DNA from: Aliivibrio fischeri ES114
GTDB taxonomy: Bacteria; Pseudomonadota; Gammaproteobacteria; Enterobacterales; Vibrionaceae
Length of the DNA: 32,000 bases
Strand: one strand, 5' to 3'
Assembly (NCBI RefSeq): GCF_000011805.1
Contig: NC_006841.2
Below, piece after piece: positions 18,529 to 28,556 of the stretch (its first letter is position 1; each line of letters starts with the position of its first letter). The notes beneath the pieces are model-generated. The model had not been told where the DNA came from. It worked only from the letters and a program-made list of their open reading frames with translations, and ran no database searches. The position numbers and the translations under genes are program-made.

Positions 18529-19980
18529 ATGAGGGTAAAAAATATCGTTGCTGTTGGGTCTTTGCTGCTGTTAAGTATCGCAATGACTTGTGCTATTTTT
18601 TATGTGACAAAGAGCTATAACAAACAAAGTCGATTGATTGAGAACGAGTTAAAGTTTAATGCGAATTATGTGTCTTCTTGGATTCAGACGGCTTTTTACC
18701 ATTCCAATAATGTATTACATGAACTTTCAGATTCATTAACTGAAGAGAACTTCGCTTCTTTATCTTTTAATGAGGCTTATGATGAAGATTATGGCGAGTT
18801 ATTTGAAATTCATTATCAGACATTGATGAATGCCATTCATGTTTTTGCTGTCGATAAAGATTGCGTATTATTAAACACCAAAACAATTGGTGGCGTTGAT
18901 CTCTCTTCTAGAGAGTACTGTCAAAAACTAAAGAAAAGTGATCAAGAAATAAACTCGGTTATTACTACTCCTTTTAAAGACATTTTAAACCGAAATGTGA
19001 TTTCTCAAAGTGTAACGGTTAATGATAAGTACGGAAATTTTGCAGGAATTGTAGGTATCATTACGGATTTTTCATTTTTTTCTAAAGCGTTAAGAAGTGT
19101 AAACTTAACGAACATTAGTTCTATTTCAGTATTAAGTAGTGATTTCACAGTATTGGCTTCTACGGTTCCTAAGTTTTTGCCTATCGGTAAAAAGTTGAAT
19201 TTTGAATATATTCCTAAGAAAGAGATTAAAGGGCTAAAATATAATCAAGAGTTCATGTTTGAATCACATGAGAAATATGATGGGTCTTATCAGGGCGTTT
19301 ATGTAAAAAAAGTATCTGATCTCCCATTTATTATATTAGTCACCAAAGCCAAGTCTCACTGGGTGACGCCTCTCTATATTGCCATTTCCACCGTTTTTGC
19401 CTTATTAGTTCTATTTGCCATTTTTCTGGTTAAAAATGCTTATTATTTTGGAAAACTTAGCAGCGAAGCTGAGCACTACTCTAAACTTGCCTTGTTTGAT
19501 GATTTAACTGGGTCATGTAATCGACGTTGCTTTGAAGCTAAGGTATTAAGTTTTATTCAAAACTATCATGCTAAAAACCAGACGTTTTCGGTAGCACTGT
19601 TTGATATTGATTATTTTAAACAGATTAATGATACCTATGGGCATGAAATAGGGGACGAAGTATTACGTTTATTTAGCCGTGCATGTGAAAACATCTGTGA
19701 ATCTGATGATCATTTCGCTCGCTTGGGCGGTGACGAGTTTGTCATGCTGTTAAGTAATAAAAACAGAGATGAGGCGGAAGCGATACTTAATGAACTGCTT
19801 CGTTCAATACGCAATATAGAAATAAGAATTAATGGTCAATTGGTACAACTAACGAGCAGCATCGGCGTAAGTGAAATGCATGATGATGTTTTTGATGCTT
19901 GTAAACTATTAAGTCGTGCAGATGAAGCGCTTTATGAAGCAAAGCGTTTAGGACGAAACCAAGTTTTTATATCTGAGTAA
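18529..19980 (+). CDS. membrane-anchored GGDEF diguanylate cyclase with periplasmic sensor domain
   Basis: 483 aa: N-terminal TM, about 250 aa extracytoplasmic Cache-like region, second TM (PLYIAISTVFALLVLFAIFLV), then DDLTGSCNRRCFE...FDIDYFKQINDTYGHEIGD...ARLGGDEF...SSIGVSE. Confidence 0.9.
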   Translation: MRVKNIVAVGSLLLLSIAMTCAIFYVTKSYNKQSRLIENELKFNANYVSSWIQTAFYHSNNVLHELSDSLTEENFASLSFNEAYDEDYGELFEIHYQTLMNAIHVFAVDKDCVLLNTKTIGGVDLSSREYCQKLKKSDQEINSVITTPFKDILNRNVISQSVTVNDKYGNFAGIVGIITDFSFFSKALRSVNLTNISSISVLSSDFTVLASTVPKFLPIGKKLNFEYIPKKEIKGLKYNQEFMFESHEKYDGSYQGVYVKKVSDLPFIILVTKAKSHWVTPLYIAISTVFALLVLFAIFLVKNAYYFGKLSSEAEHYSKLALFDDLTGSCNRRCFEAKVLSFIQNYHAKNQTFSVALFDIDYFKQINDTYGHEIGDEVLRLFSRACENICESDDHFARLGGDEFVMLLSNKNRDEAEAILNELLRSIRNIEIRINGQLVQLTSSIGVSEMHDDVFDACKLLSRADEALYEAKRLGRNQVFISE

Positions 19981-19999
19981 TATTCCCCCACATTAATCC

Positions 20000-20029
20000 A
20001 AATCCAGTGAGATATTTCACTGGATTTTT
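20000..20029 (+). terminator. rho-independent terminator
   Basis: aaatccagtga-gatatt-tcactggatttt. Confidence 0.75.
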
Positions 20030-20230
20030 CATTAGAAAAACTAATCCAAAATCCACAAAAAATCTCTTGTGAAATTTAAGGTAATTTGATTGCCAGTTTC
20101 CTCTATACGCCTTATCATCTCGCGCCATAGGGTTAGAGGATAATTCGATTATTATTTTTAACCTTTATTATATTAATTATCACACCTTATTATTTTTTAT
20201 TAATAATTACTGTTTTTGTGGAGAGCAGTC

Positions 20231-21433
20231 ATGCAAAAGTCGTATTCACTTGCGACGTTCAGTTTTTTGATCGTTATTTTAGTTGCTGTTGGTCAAATGA
20301 GCCAAACTATGTATGTGCCATCAATTGGTTACATGGCAAGTGAATTCAAGGTTAGCCCTGCATCTTTACAGGCGGTAATGGCTGTATATCTGATCCCTTA
20401 TGGTCTATCACAATTTTTCTATGGCCCGATCTCTGATCGTGTTGGTCGTCGTGTTGTGATTTTATCTGGCTTGGCACTATATATTGCTGGTACTTTGGTT
20501 GCGTTATTTGCTCATGAGTATGCGCTGTTTTTAGCTGGCTGCTTTGTTCAGGGCTTAGGTATTGGTGCTGCTGGTGTAATGTGCCGTACAGTTCCGCGTG
20601 ATTGCTATTCTGGTGATGAGCTACATAGAACCAATAGTATTATCAGTATGTGTATGATGTTTTCACCACTTTTGGCTCCCGTGTTAGGTGGCTATTTAAC
20701 TGAAGCATTTGGTTGGCGTTCAAGCTATCTATTTTTAGCTCTGTTCAGTATTGCTGTTATGATCATTATGGTGACTTCAATGAAGGAAACGCTTCCTTTA
20801 GAAGTTCGTCGTAAAGATGCGGTATGGAAAAGCTACCGCCATGTATTATCTGAGCACCGTTTTCAAGGCTATCTAATTTGTCTTGTTGCAACTTTCGCGG
20901 GCGTTGCTGTTTTTGAAGCGGCTGCTGGTGTGTTACTTGGTGGTAAATTAAAACTGCCGGCAACAACGGTAAGTATTTTATTTATTCTGCCTATTCCTGG
21001 CTACTTAGCGGGGGCGGCGTTATCAAGTGTGATTGCTAAACATTGGTCCGAGAAGAAATCACTTGATGTTGGCTTAGTTTCAATTGTGTTGGGCGCTGCA
21101 ATAGTATTAATTCCAGGTTTAATGGGATTAACCACGGCATTAACGTTGATCGGCGGTGCAGTATTGTATTTCTTAGGTGCAGGTATCTTATTTCCTGCTG
21201 CAACAACAGGTGCTTTATCCCCGTTTCCATATCATGCAGGTACAGCTGGTGCCTTATTAGGTGGTATGCAGAACTTGGGTGCAGGTTTAGCAACAATGGT
21301 GGCATCGTTTATTCCTGCTGATAGCCAAATGCCAGTAGGTTTGATCATGTTTTTAATGGCGTTACTTGCGGTATACGGTTTGCGTAAAGTGCATTCAATT
21401 CCGCCATCAAGCGAGATGCCATTAGCGGTTTAG
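20231..21433 (+). CDS. emrD: MFS multidrug transporter EmrD
   Basis: Starts MQKSYSLATFSFLIVILVAVGQMSQTMYVPSIGYMASEF...YGPISDRVGRRVVILSG, an EmrD-type sequence. The track start at 20216 is TTG; ATG at 20231 is preceded by ggagag. Confidence 0.88.
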   Translation: MQKSYSLATFSFLIVILVAVGQMSQTMYVPSIGYMASEFKVSPASLQAVMAVYLIPYGLSQFFYGPISDRVGRRVVILSGLALYIAGTLVALFAHEYALFLAGCFVQGLGIGAAGVMCRTVPRDCYSGDELHRTNSIISMCMMFSPLLAPVLGGYLTEAFGWRSSYLFLALFSIAVMIIMVTSMKETLPLEVRRKDAVWKSYRHVLSEHRFQGYLICLVATFAGVAVFEAAAGVLLGGKLKLPATTVSILFILPIPGYLAGAALSSVIAKHWSEKKSLDVGLVSIVLGAAIVLIPGLMGLTTALTLIGGAVLYFLGAGILFPAATTGALSPFPYHAGTAGALLGGMQNLGAGLATMVASFIPADSQMPVGLIMFLMALLAVYGLRKVHSIPPSSEMPLAV

Positions 21434-21465
21434 ATTATACAATCCACATAACTATTTGATAAAAG

Positions 21466-21500
21466 AAAGGCCGAGTAGGTAATATCTACTCGGCCTTTTT
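21466..21500. terminator. terminator between convergent emrD and dbpA
   Basis: aaaggccgagtag-gtaatat-ctactcggccttttt. Confidence 0.88.
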
Positions 21501-21539
21501 ATTTATAATGAAATGGTCATTACTTGATATGAATTTGGT

Positions 21540-22973
21540 TTAGCCACGCATACGGCTTACGCGGAAGCTACGGCCTTTCATTTTGCCACTTTCTAGTTTC
21601 TTAAGCGCTGCTTTTGCAACGGTATTATGAACAGCAACATAAGCATGGAAATCAAATACGTTGATCTTACCAACCATTTTACCTTCGATACCGTCTTTAC
21701 CTGTTAGTGCACCTAAGATGTCACCCGGACGTAGTTTGTTTTTCTTACCACCATCAATCCATAAAGTAACCATTTCAGCGTAGTAAGCAGGCTCTTTTAG
21801 GTAATCAGTACTTGGTAACGCTTCATCACGAATATCAATGTTCATGTACTCTTCGATTTGAGCAATGTTGTGCATTTCTTTTTCATTGAAGAGGCTTAGA
21901 GCAATACCTTTATTTCCTGCGCGACCTGTACGACCAATACGGTGAACGTGCACTTCAGGATCACGAGATAATTCAAAGTTAACCACAGCATCAAGTGATT
22001 CGATATCTAAGCCACGTGCAGCAACGTCGGTTGCAACAAGAATCGACGTACTCTTATTGGCAAAACGTACTAACGCTTTATCACGATCACGTTGTTCTAA
22101 ATCACCGTGAAGTGCAGTTACGCTGAAATCGTAATGACGAAGTTCATCTGCCACTTCTTGGGTTACACGTTTTGTATTACAGAAGATAACCGTTGATTCA
22201 GGTTGGTGCTTAAGCAATAGGATTTGCAGTGCTTCTAGACGATCTTCAAAATCACCCACTTTAAAGAAGTGTTGGTTAATTGATGTGTTTTCTACTGTTT
22301 CTTCTGCTTTAGTCATGATTGGATCGTTCATGATGCGATCTGCAATAGACTTGATTTGCGGTGGGAAAGTCGCACTAAACAGAAGATTTTGACGTTTAAC
22401 TGGTGCGTGATCTAATACCGCATCAATTGCATCTTGGAAGCCCATTTCTAACATACGGTCTGCTTCATCAAGAACAAATGTATTTAGGTTATCTAAGTTT
22501 AAGTAACCTTTACGAAGGTGTTCTTCAACACGACCTGGAGTACCAACGATAATGTGAGCACCGTGTTCTAATGAACCTATTTGTGGGCCAAAAGGAACAC
22601 CGCCGCATAAAGTTAGTACTTTAATGTTATGAATTGCACGAGCAAGTTTACGAATTTCTTTTGCTACTTGATCTGCCAGTTCACGTGTTGGGCATAAAAC
22701 CAAAGATTGAACACGAAAGCGTTTTACATTTAAGTTAGCTAATAAACCTAAACCAAATGCCGCCGTTTTACCTGAGCCCGTTTTCCCTTGGGCAATAACA
22801 TCTTTCCCTTTTAGCATGAAAGGTAAGCTTTGTGCTTGGATTGGTGTCATTTCGTTATAACCTAACGTTTCTAGGTTTTGTAAAAGTGACGGATGCAGAT
22901 CTAATGATGAGAAAGATGTTTGACTCAAGGTGATTTCCTTTAAACAAGTAGTGACAAAGTGATAATTGTCCAA
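21540..22973 (-). CDS. dbpA: ATP-dependent RNA helicase DbpA (DEAD-box)
   Basis: 477 aa with DEAD-box motifs ([53 protein letters not shown]) and a C-terminal DbpA RNA-binding region (KLRPGDILGALTGKDGIEGKMVGKINVFDFHAYVAV). Confidence 0.93.
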   Translation of the reverse strand: MDNYHFVTTCLKEITLSQTSFSSLDLHPSLLQNLETLGYNEMTPIQAQSLPFMLKGKDVIAQGKTGSGKTAAFGLGLLANLNVKRFRVQSLVLCPTRELADQVAKEIRKLARAIHNIKVLTLCGGVPFGPQIGSLEHGAHIIVGTPGRVEEHLRKGYLNLDNLNTFVLDEADRMLEMGFQDAIDAVLDHAPVKRQNLLFSATFPPQIKSIADRIMNDPIMTKAEETVENTSINQHFFKVGDFEDRLEALQILLLKHQPESTVIFCNTKRVTQEVADELRHYDFSVTALHGDLEQRDRDKALVRFANKSTSILVATDVAARGLDIESLDAVVNFELSRDPEVHVHRIGRTGRAGNKGIALSLFNEKEMHNIAQIEEYMNIDIRDEALPSTDYLKEPAYYAEMVTLWIDGGKKNKLRPGDILGALTGKDGIEGKMVGKINVFDFHAYVAVHNTVAKAALKKLESGKMKGRSFRVSRMRG

Positions 22974-23230
22974 TGGATGGCAGAGTAAAGATAAGAGGCT
23001 AAAAAAGCAAGGGAGATCACAGTTTTTCTGTATATAAAATCATCACTGCATTAAGTGATTATCTTGATTTAAACTTATGGCGTATTCATATTGGGTAATT
23101 TGAGGGTTACGGCGCAATATGAAGCTAAAATAATGATAGAAAACATAGTTTACTTATTAATTTTACAAATTTTCATCTTATGCTATATTCGCGCGTCAAA
23201 TAATTATAATAAGCGTCAAATAAGGGTCAG

Positions 23231-24679
23231 ATGAAAAATCGAAGTGCTTTTTTTTATAGTTCAATGACGATTGGGATCTTACTTTTCTTTTTATCTTTAT
23301 TTTATCTTTTTACTTCTTATCAAACGGATAGCTCTCGTGTTGTTGAACGTTTAAAATTTAATGCGAGCTTTGTTGAACTATGGTTAATTAAGTCGTTTTC
23401 AGATTCTGATGCAGTGCTAAATGATATGGCTCGTGATTTAGCTGAATCAGGACCAACTCGCATCGAAGACGATCTTGTTAAGCATCAAAATGAACAATTT
23501 TATTTAAAAGAAAAAGAAGATGCTTTACCTAATGCAACACTTGCATTTGTAGTTGATGACACTTGCGTATTAACTCACAGTGAAACGCTTCGTAATATTA
23601 ATCTTTCTGAACGTGAATATTGCAAATCTCTTATTAATAACGAGACTAAAGACAGTGTCGTTACTTTGCCTTTTATCGATCTGGCTGGACGTAATGTTGT
23701 CGTTCATGGAAAGAAGATCATTGATGATGAAGGAAAGCTAAAAGGTATTGTATGTCTTTCTACTAATTTAAATTTTTTTAGCTTAACTCTAAGTCAATTA
23801 CAACTTCCATCTTCAATGGGTATCGCGATCTTAAGTACCAATATGAAGCTTCTGTCTGCGATCCCAAAAGGTAACTTGCCATTAGGAAAGGGTATTGATT
23901 TATCATCTGTAGATCCTAGTGCTTTAGAGCGATTTTATCGTGATAATGAAGTGATTATGTCTTCTGATATTTATGATAATGGTAAACTGGATACGATTTA
24001 TGCTCGTAAAATTCAAGGGTTGCCATTCATTGTGGTGGTAACGAAAGAGCAAGATTATTGGCAAACAAAATTATCACTTTCATTAATGGCAGTGATTGGC
24101 TGTTTTGCGGTTATTATTGGTTTATTGTTATTTAATCTTAATTATTTAAAGAAAACACGCGCACAAAAAGATAAATATTCAGAGTTGGCTTATAACGATT
24201 ATCTTACTGGCGTGAATAATCGTCGAGCTTTTGAAAAACAGGCGAACAAAGTATTTAAAACGTATCAAAACGATAAACAAGTTTTCTCGTTGATCATGTG
24301 TGATATTGATAATTTTAAAGAATATAACGATAAATTTGGACATGATGTTGGTGACCAAATGATCACCGCATTTTCTGAGGCGTGTTCAGCACAAATTAAT
24401 CAAGATGATATCGTCGCTCGACTGGGTGGTGATGAATTTATTGTTCTTCTTCATCATAAAGATAAAGAGCAGGCCGTGATGGTTGCTGAAAGTCTACAAA
24501 ATGTGATTAGAGATCTTTCTGTTTTGGTTGATGATCAAGAATTATCAATGACATGCAGTATGGGAGTTGCAACAGTGAGTGAGTTAACTACTAGTCTTCA
24601 TGAATTATTGAATATTGCAGATACTCAACTGTATAAAGCAAAAGAAGCAGGCCGTAACTGTGTTAGGTTTGAATTGTAA
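23231..24679 (+). CDS. membrane-anchored GGDEF diguanylate cyclase, paralog of the 18529-19980 product
   Basis: 482 aa with the same layout: N-terminal TM, LKFNASFVELWLIKSF, NLSEREYCKSL, second TM, YLTGVNNRRAFEKQ...MCDIDNFKEYNDKFGHDVGD...ARLGGDEF. Confidence 0.9.
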   Translation: MKNRSAFFYSSMTIGILLFFLSLFYLFTSYQTDSSRVVERLKFNASFVELWLIKSFSDSDAVLNDMARDLAESGPTRIEDDLVKHQNEQFYLKEKEDALPNATLAFVVDDTCVLTHSETLRNINLSEREYCKSLINNETKDSVVTLPFIDLAGRNVVVHGKKIIDDEGKLKGIVCLSTNLNFFSLTLSQLQLPSSMGIAILSTNMKLLSAIPKGNLPLGKGIDLSSVDPSALERFYRDNEVIMSSDIYDNGKLDTIYARKIQGLPFIVVVTKEQDYWQTKLSLSLMAVIGCFAVIIGLLLFNLNYLKKTRAQKDKYSELAYNDYLTGVNNRRAFEKQANKVFKTYQNDKQVFSLIMCDIDNFKEYNDKFGHDVGDQMITAFSEACSAQINQDDIVARLGGDEFIVLLHHKDKEQAVMVAESLQNVIRDLSVLVDDQELSMTCSMGVATVSELTTSLHELLNIADTQLYKAKEAGRNCVRFEL

Positions 24680-24680
24680 T

Positions 24681-24700
24681 TGATAATTATTTGCATTATT
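24681..24700. promoter_or_regulatory. putative Fur box upstream of the FhuF-like reductase gene
   Basis: tgataattatttgcattatt, resembling the GATAATGATAATCATTATC consensus; located 58 bp upstream of the ATG. Confidence 0.55.
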
Positions 24701-24757
24701 GCTGTTTGATGATTATTCTAACGCCTCTGCTTTATTTGTTGGTGTTGTACTTTTCAT

Positions 24758-25489
24758 ATGCAAAATAGTGAATATTTTGAATTACTTTTTCACTCCTCAA
24801 GAGAGGTTACGCCTTATCTGAGTGGGCATTTAGCTCATCAAGCCGAGTGCTATAACGCAGATCCACACCTCCATATATCGAAAAACAATGGCGAACAAAT
24901 AAAAGCACTTTATGAACGCTTATCTCAGATTTCTCCTGAGGCTGGTAGTGCATATTGGTTAACCAGAACATGGGACTTATTGTGTTGGCAGCCTGTGTAT
25001 ATTGCATTTATATCCATTTATCAGCTTAGAGCGCTTCCTAATATTAAAGAAATGAGCCAAGAGATTAAGAGTGATTTTGTAGCGGGTTATACGTTTCATC
25101 ATTCAGATTTAACGTTTGGAACTAATGAAGATTTGATTTCATCTGTTGCTCAGCAATTGAGTGAGCTTTTTTCTTCATATCGAGAAGATATATCTCAATG
25201 GACTCGGATTAGACCGGGTTTTACTAATCACTTATTGGCTGATGGTTTGCTTAATTGCATTGTAAAATTGCAAACTTACTTGCCTACATTATCTAACGAA
25301 TATTTACTTGAACAGGCTAAGCTTTGGTTAGAGGCATTTTCATTACCTAATAAGCATTTATTGAGCTTGCAGATTGATACGAACACGGAGCAACTTCGAT
25401 TGGTTCGTACCAGTTGTTGTTTAGTGTATAAATGTGATGGTCGTAAATTATGTCTAGATTGCCCTCGCCATCCGGATAATAAACGTTAA
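24758..25489 (+). CDS. siderophore-iron (ferric) reductase, FhuF-like
   Basis: 243 aa ending TSCCLVYKCDGRKLCLDCPRHP, which fits the CC-x10-CxxC [2Fe-2S] signature of FhuF-type reductases; siderophore gene neighbourhood. Confidence 0.8.
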   Translation: MQNSEYFELLFHSSREVTPYLSGHLAHQAECYNADPHLHISKNNGEQIKALYERLSQISPEAGSAYWLTRTWDLLCWQPVYIAFISIYQLRALPNIKEMSQEIKSDFVAGYTFHHSDLTFGTNEDLISSVAQQLSELFSSYREDISQWTRIRPGFTNHLLADGLLNCIVKLQTYLPTLSNEYLLEQAKLWLEAFSLPNKHLLSLQIDTNTEQLRLVRTSCCLVYKCDGRKLCLDCPRHPDNKR

Positions 25490-25504
25490 CTGCAGTACTC
25501 CTTG

Positions 25505-26710
25505 CTATGTCTTGTTTATTTGAGGCTTCATGAAAGCAATGACTAAAATGCCTACAGAAAATAGAATACAAAGGTAGATAGGGTAAATCGGTGAAATGGT
25601 TGCAGTATAAGCAAATAATGAAGCAATGCCGTAACCAAGAGTGTGTGACATGGATATATAGCCAGCCACAGAACCAGGGTTATCTTTATCTATAGAGGTG
25701 GCCTTTGTTGTATAGGCAGGCACTAATAAGGCCGCTCCACAGGCGGTTATTGCCATTCCAATTCCTAATAGCCATATTGAATGTAGAGTGAATATTAGAT
25801 AGCCCAGTAGCAAGCAGATTGCTCCTAAGTAATACATGGTAGTGATTTGTATTTTTTTCTTTTTGATGACGAAGACTTGGGTGATTAAGGTCACTGCTGC
25901 ACTAATGGTTAATAGTATTCCAATCACATCACTGATTTTATTGGTGGACCAATGGGTAATGTCTTCAATTAACGGCGAGAAACTGTATTGCAATAGCGCA
26001 ATGGTTAAGCACAAGAATAGCCCTGTGAGTAGGTAGGGCATTAATCTTACATTTGGAATAAAAGAACTTACTTGGTGAGACGATTTATTGTGTTTATTTA
26101 TTTGCGATGGGCTTGGCAACATAAAAGCGGCGAATAGAGCGAGAAGGGGGAAGCAAATCATCATAATTAATGGTGAATAGGGCCCCGATTTTAATAGTAG
26201 AATAGATAATATTGGCCCAAGAAGGCGGCCTAAACTTAATCCAATGCTAACGGATGTAATGGCTTGTAATCGATTATTCTCACCACATAGAAGAATGGCC
26301 CAATGCTGGCTAGCTGGAACCATTCCAGAAACGGTGCAGCCGTAGATTACTCGCGCAACAATCAACCCGATCAAACAAAAACCAGCGTAATTGGGATGAT
26401 CATTACTGAAAAATGTAAAAGTAAGTAGAAGTAAGAAACTGAAGCTCATTCCAAATAGAGCTTGTAATACTACAAATTTAGGGCCTTTTTTATCGCTGTA
26501 CTTTCCCCAAAATGGTGCTGAGGGTAGAAAGAGAAAGCTACCAACTGCAATTACAATTGACCACGTCGGTAGTGCAAACGCTGAATGAGTGACTAAAAAT
26601 GGAAGTGAGACAAGTAAGCCGTTCTGCCCAATTCCCATTAGCGCGGCTATTAATCCAATAATGATGAGTTGAATTGATGCATGGGTATTTTTGTCGAAAA
26701 AAGAGGGCAT
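25505..26710 (-). CDS. MFS transporter, probable siderophore exporter
   Basis: 401 aa with 12-TM-like hydrophobicity. APFWGKYSDKKGPKFVV matches the MFS loop 2-3 motif. Divergent from the fhuC-like gene and shares a Fur-box-like intergenic region. Confidence 0.8.
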   Translation of the reverse strand: MPSFFDKNTHASIQLIIIGLIAALMGIGQNGLLVSLPFLVTHSAFALPTWSIVIAVGSFLFLPSAPFWGKYSDKKGPKFVVLQALFGMSFSFLLLLTFTFFSNDHPNYAGFCLIGLIVARVIYGCTVSGMVPASQHWAILLCGENNRLQAITSVSIGLSLGRLLGPILSILLLKSGPYSPLIMMICFPLLALFAAFMLPSPSQINKHNKSSHQVSSFIPNVRLMPYLLTGLFLCLTIALLQYSFSPLIEDITHWSTNKISDVIGILLTISAAVTLITQVFVIKKKKIQITTMYYLGAICLLLGYLIFTLHSIWLLGIGMAITACGAALLVPAYTTKATSIDKDNPGSVAGYISMSHTLGYGIASLFAYTATISPIYPIYLCILFSVGILVIAFMKPQINKT

Positions 26711-26770
26711 TAGAACTTCCTGTTTTAAATGTCTCGCTCTTTATATCTTACTTTTTAAAATATGTGAATA

Positions 26771-26792
26771 AAAATAATTATCATTAACATTT
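26771..26792. promoter_or_regulatory. putative Fur box in the divergent promoter region of the MFS gene and the fhuCDB-like operon
   Basis: aaaataattatcattaacattt; matches the AATNATNATCATTNNCATT style of Fur operator. Confidence 0.6.
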
Positions 26793-26796
26793 CTTT

Positions 26797-27612
26797 ATGT
26801 TAAGGTCTGCTCATCATTCATGGACAGATTATTTTATTACCCTCATGTATCAGCTTGTCGATGCGTCGTTTGAAATCGACGGAAAAACAATTTTATCTCC
26901 TACATGTTTATCTTTTCCTACCAATAAAGTTACCACGCTCTTAGGACACAATGGGTGCGGCAAATCTACACTAATGAAATTACTTAGTCGTCAAAATACA
27001 CCGTCATCAGGTCATGTGCTATTTGATGACAAATCAATTAACCAACTTTCACAGCAAGATTTTGCATTGCAGGTTGCTTATTTACCTCAACACCCTCCGA
27101 TTACTGATGGTGTGACGGTTCGTGAATTGGTTTATTTTGGACGTTATCCATGGAAAGGAGCATTTGGACGCTATAGTAAAAAAGACAATCAATTGGTCGA
27201 TGAGGCAATTGAAAAGGTGGGGTTGACGCCATTTCGAGATCGTTTTGTCGCGACATTATCTGGTGGTGAGAGGCAGAGGGCTTGGGTTGCAATGTTATTG
27301 GCTCAACAAAGTCAGTGTATTTTATTGGATGAACCCACATCAGCATTAGATATTGCGCATCAATATGAATTATTGGCCTTGATAAGAGAGTTAAATCAAA
27401 CCCTAAATCTAACCGTCATTATGGTATTACATGATATCAATATGGCTGCGAAATTTAGCGATCATTTGATTGCTCTGCATTCTGGATGTGTTATTGCGCA
27501 AGGATCGCCAGAGAGTGTGATGAATACTCAAACGTTAAAGCAAATTTACGGTATGGATTTAGCGTTATTTTCTCATCCTGATACAGGGAAAGTGATCAGT
27601 TACATCCCTTAA
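26797..27612 (+). CDS. fhuC: siderophore ABC transporter ATP-binding protein
   Basis: Walker A GHNGCGKST, signature LSGGERQRAWVAMLLAQ, Walker B CILLDEPTSALD, FhuC-like. Start uncertain: ATG at 26845 (MYQLVDASF) is an alternative; the annotated start overlaps the region expected for the promoter. Confidence 0.9.
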   Translation: MLRSAHHSWTDYFITLMYQLVDASFEIDGKTILSPTCLSFPTNKVTTLLGHNGCGKSTLMKLLSRQNTPSSGHVLFDDKSINQLSQQDFALQVAYLPQHPPITDGVTVRELVYFGRYPWKGAFGRYSKKDNQLVDEAIEKVGLTPFRDRFVATLSGGERQRAWVAMLLAQQSQCILLDEPTSALDIAHQYELLALIRELNQTLNLTVIMVLHDINMAAKFSDHLIALHSGCVIAQGSPESVMNTQTLKQIYGMDLALFSHPDTGKVISYIP

Positions 27613-27650
27613 TTGATGGAAATAAGATAATCAGAAAAGGAAAACAAAAT

Positions 27651-28544
27651 ATGTATAAAGTGATTAGCCTGATTATGTTGGCTCTATATGCTATGTCTTC
27701 ACAAGCGATTGAGATTAAGCACGAATTAGGCTTTACAGAGATTGAGGTTACGCCACAAAAAATTGTAGCGTTAGATTGGGTGTTAGCCGAAACCGTTTTA
27801 AGTTTGGGAGTGGAACCATTGGGCGTTGCGGATGCGAAAGGATATCAAGCGTGGGTGATGGCTCCTAAGTTGCCTTCGAACGTATTGGATGTAGGTTCAC
27901 GACGAGAGCCAAATTTAGAGTTGCTTACAGAGTTGAACCCTGATGTTATTTTGATTAGTCAGCACATGAGTGCGATGTATGAGAAATTAAGCACGATTGC
28001 TCCCACTTTGGTTTATACCGTCTATAGCAATAAAAAATCGCCATTAATTGCCGCGAAAGGCATAACTATTCAGTTAGGCCGTTTGTTGGATAAAGAACAG
28101 CAAGCGTTACAATTGATCGACCAAACGGAAAAAAAACTGATTGAGAATGGCGACAAAATACGACTCTTGCAACAACAAGAAAAGCCGCTGCTTTTTGTTC
28201 GTTTTATTAATGACAAAACCGTTCGTATTCATAGTGAGGGATCATTAGCACAATCGACAATCAATGCTATGGGGTTAACAAACGCTTGGCACGAACCGAC
28301 AAATTTGTGGGGATTCACGACCGCAGGTATTGAGAAACTCGCGCAATATCAACAAGCGAATGTGCTTATCTTTGGTCCATTAAAGGAAGAAGAGAAAGTA
28401 AAACTGACTCAATCCGCCTTGTGGCAAGCGATGGCATTTACACGTACCGGTTCAGTTTATGAACTTCCTGCTATTTGGACTTTTGGTGGGTTAATTTCGG
28501 CACAACGTTTCAGTGATCATATAACTCAACAATTGACTCAATAA
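27651..28544 (+). CDS. fhuD: siderophore ABC transporter substrate-binding protein (FhuD-like)
   Basis: 297 aa with signal peptide and a periplasmic-binding fold: IVALDWVLAETVLSLGVEPLGVADAKGYQAWV...SRREPNLELLTELNPDVILIS; between fhuC and fhuB. Confidence 0.88.
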   Translation: MYKVISLIMLALYAMSSQAIEIKHELGFTEIEVTPQKIVALDWVLAETVLSLGVEPLGVADAKGYQAWVMAPKLPSNVLDVGSRREPNLELLTELNPDVILISQHMSAMYEKLSTIAPTLVYTVYSNKKSPLIAAKGITIQLGRLLDKEQQALQLIDQTEKKLIENGDKIRLLQQQEKPLLFVRFINDKTVRIHSEGSLAQSTINAMGLTNAWHEPTNLWGFTTAGIEKLAQYQQANVLIFGPLKEEEKVKLTQSALWQAMAFTRTGSVYELPAIWTFGGLISAQRFSDHITQQLTQ

Positions 28545-28556
28545 CGGATAAAACGA

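Noticed and set aside
20216-20230. TTG start for emrD as given in the ORF track
   Set aside because: The ATG at 20231 has a good ribosome site (ggagag) and matches the expected EmrD N-terminus.
25347-25571. 74 aa minus strand ORF between the reductase and MFS genes
   Set aside because: Overlaps both supported coding sequences without a recognisable domain.
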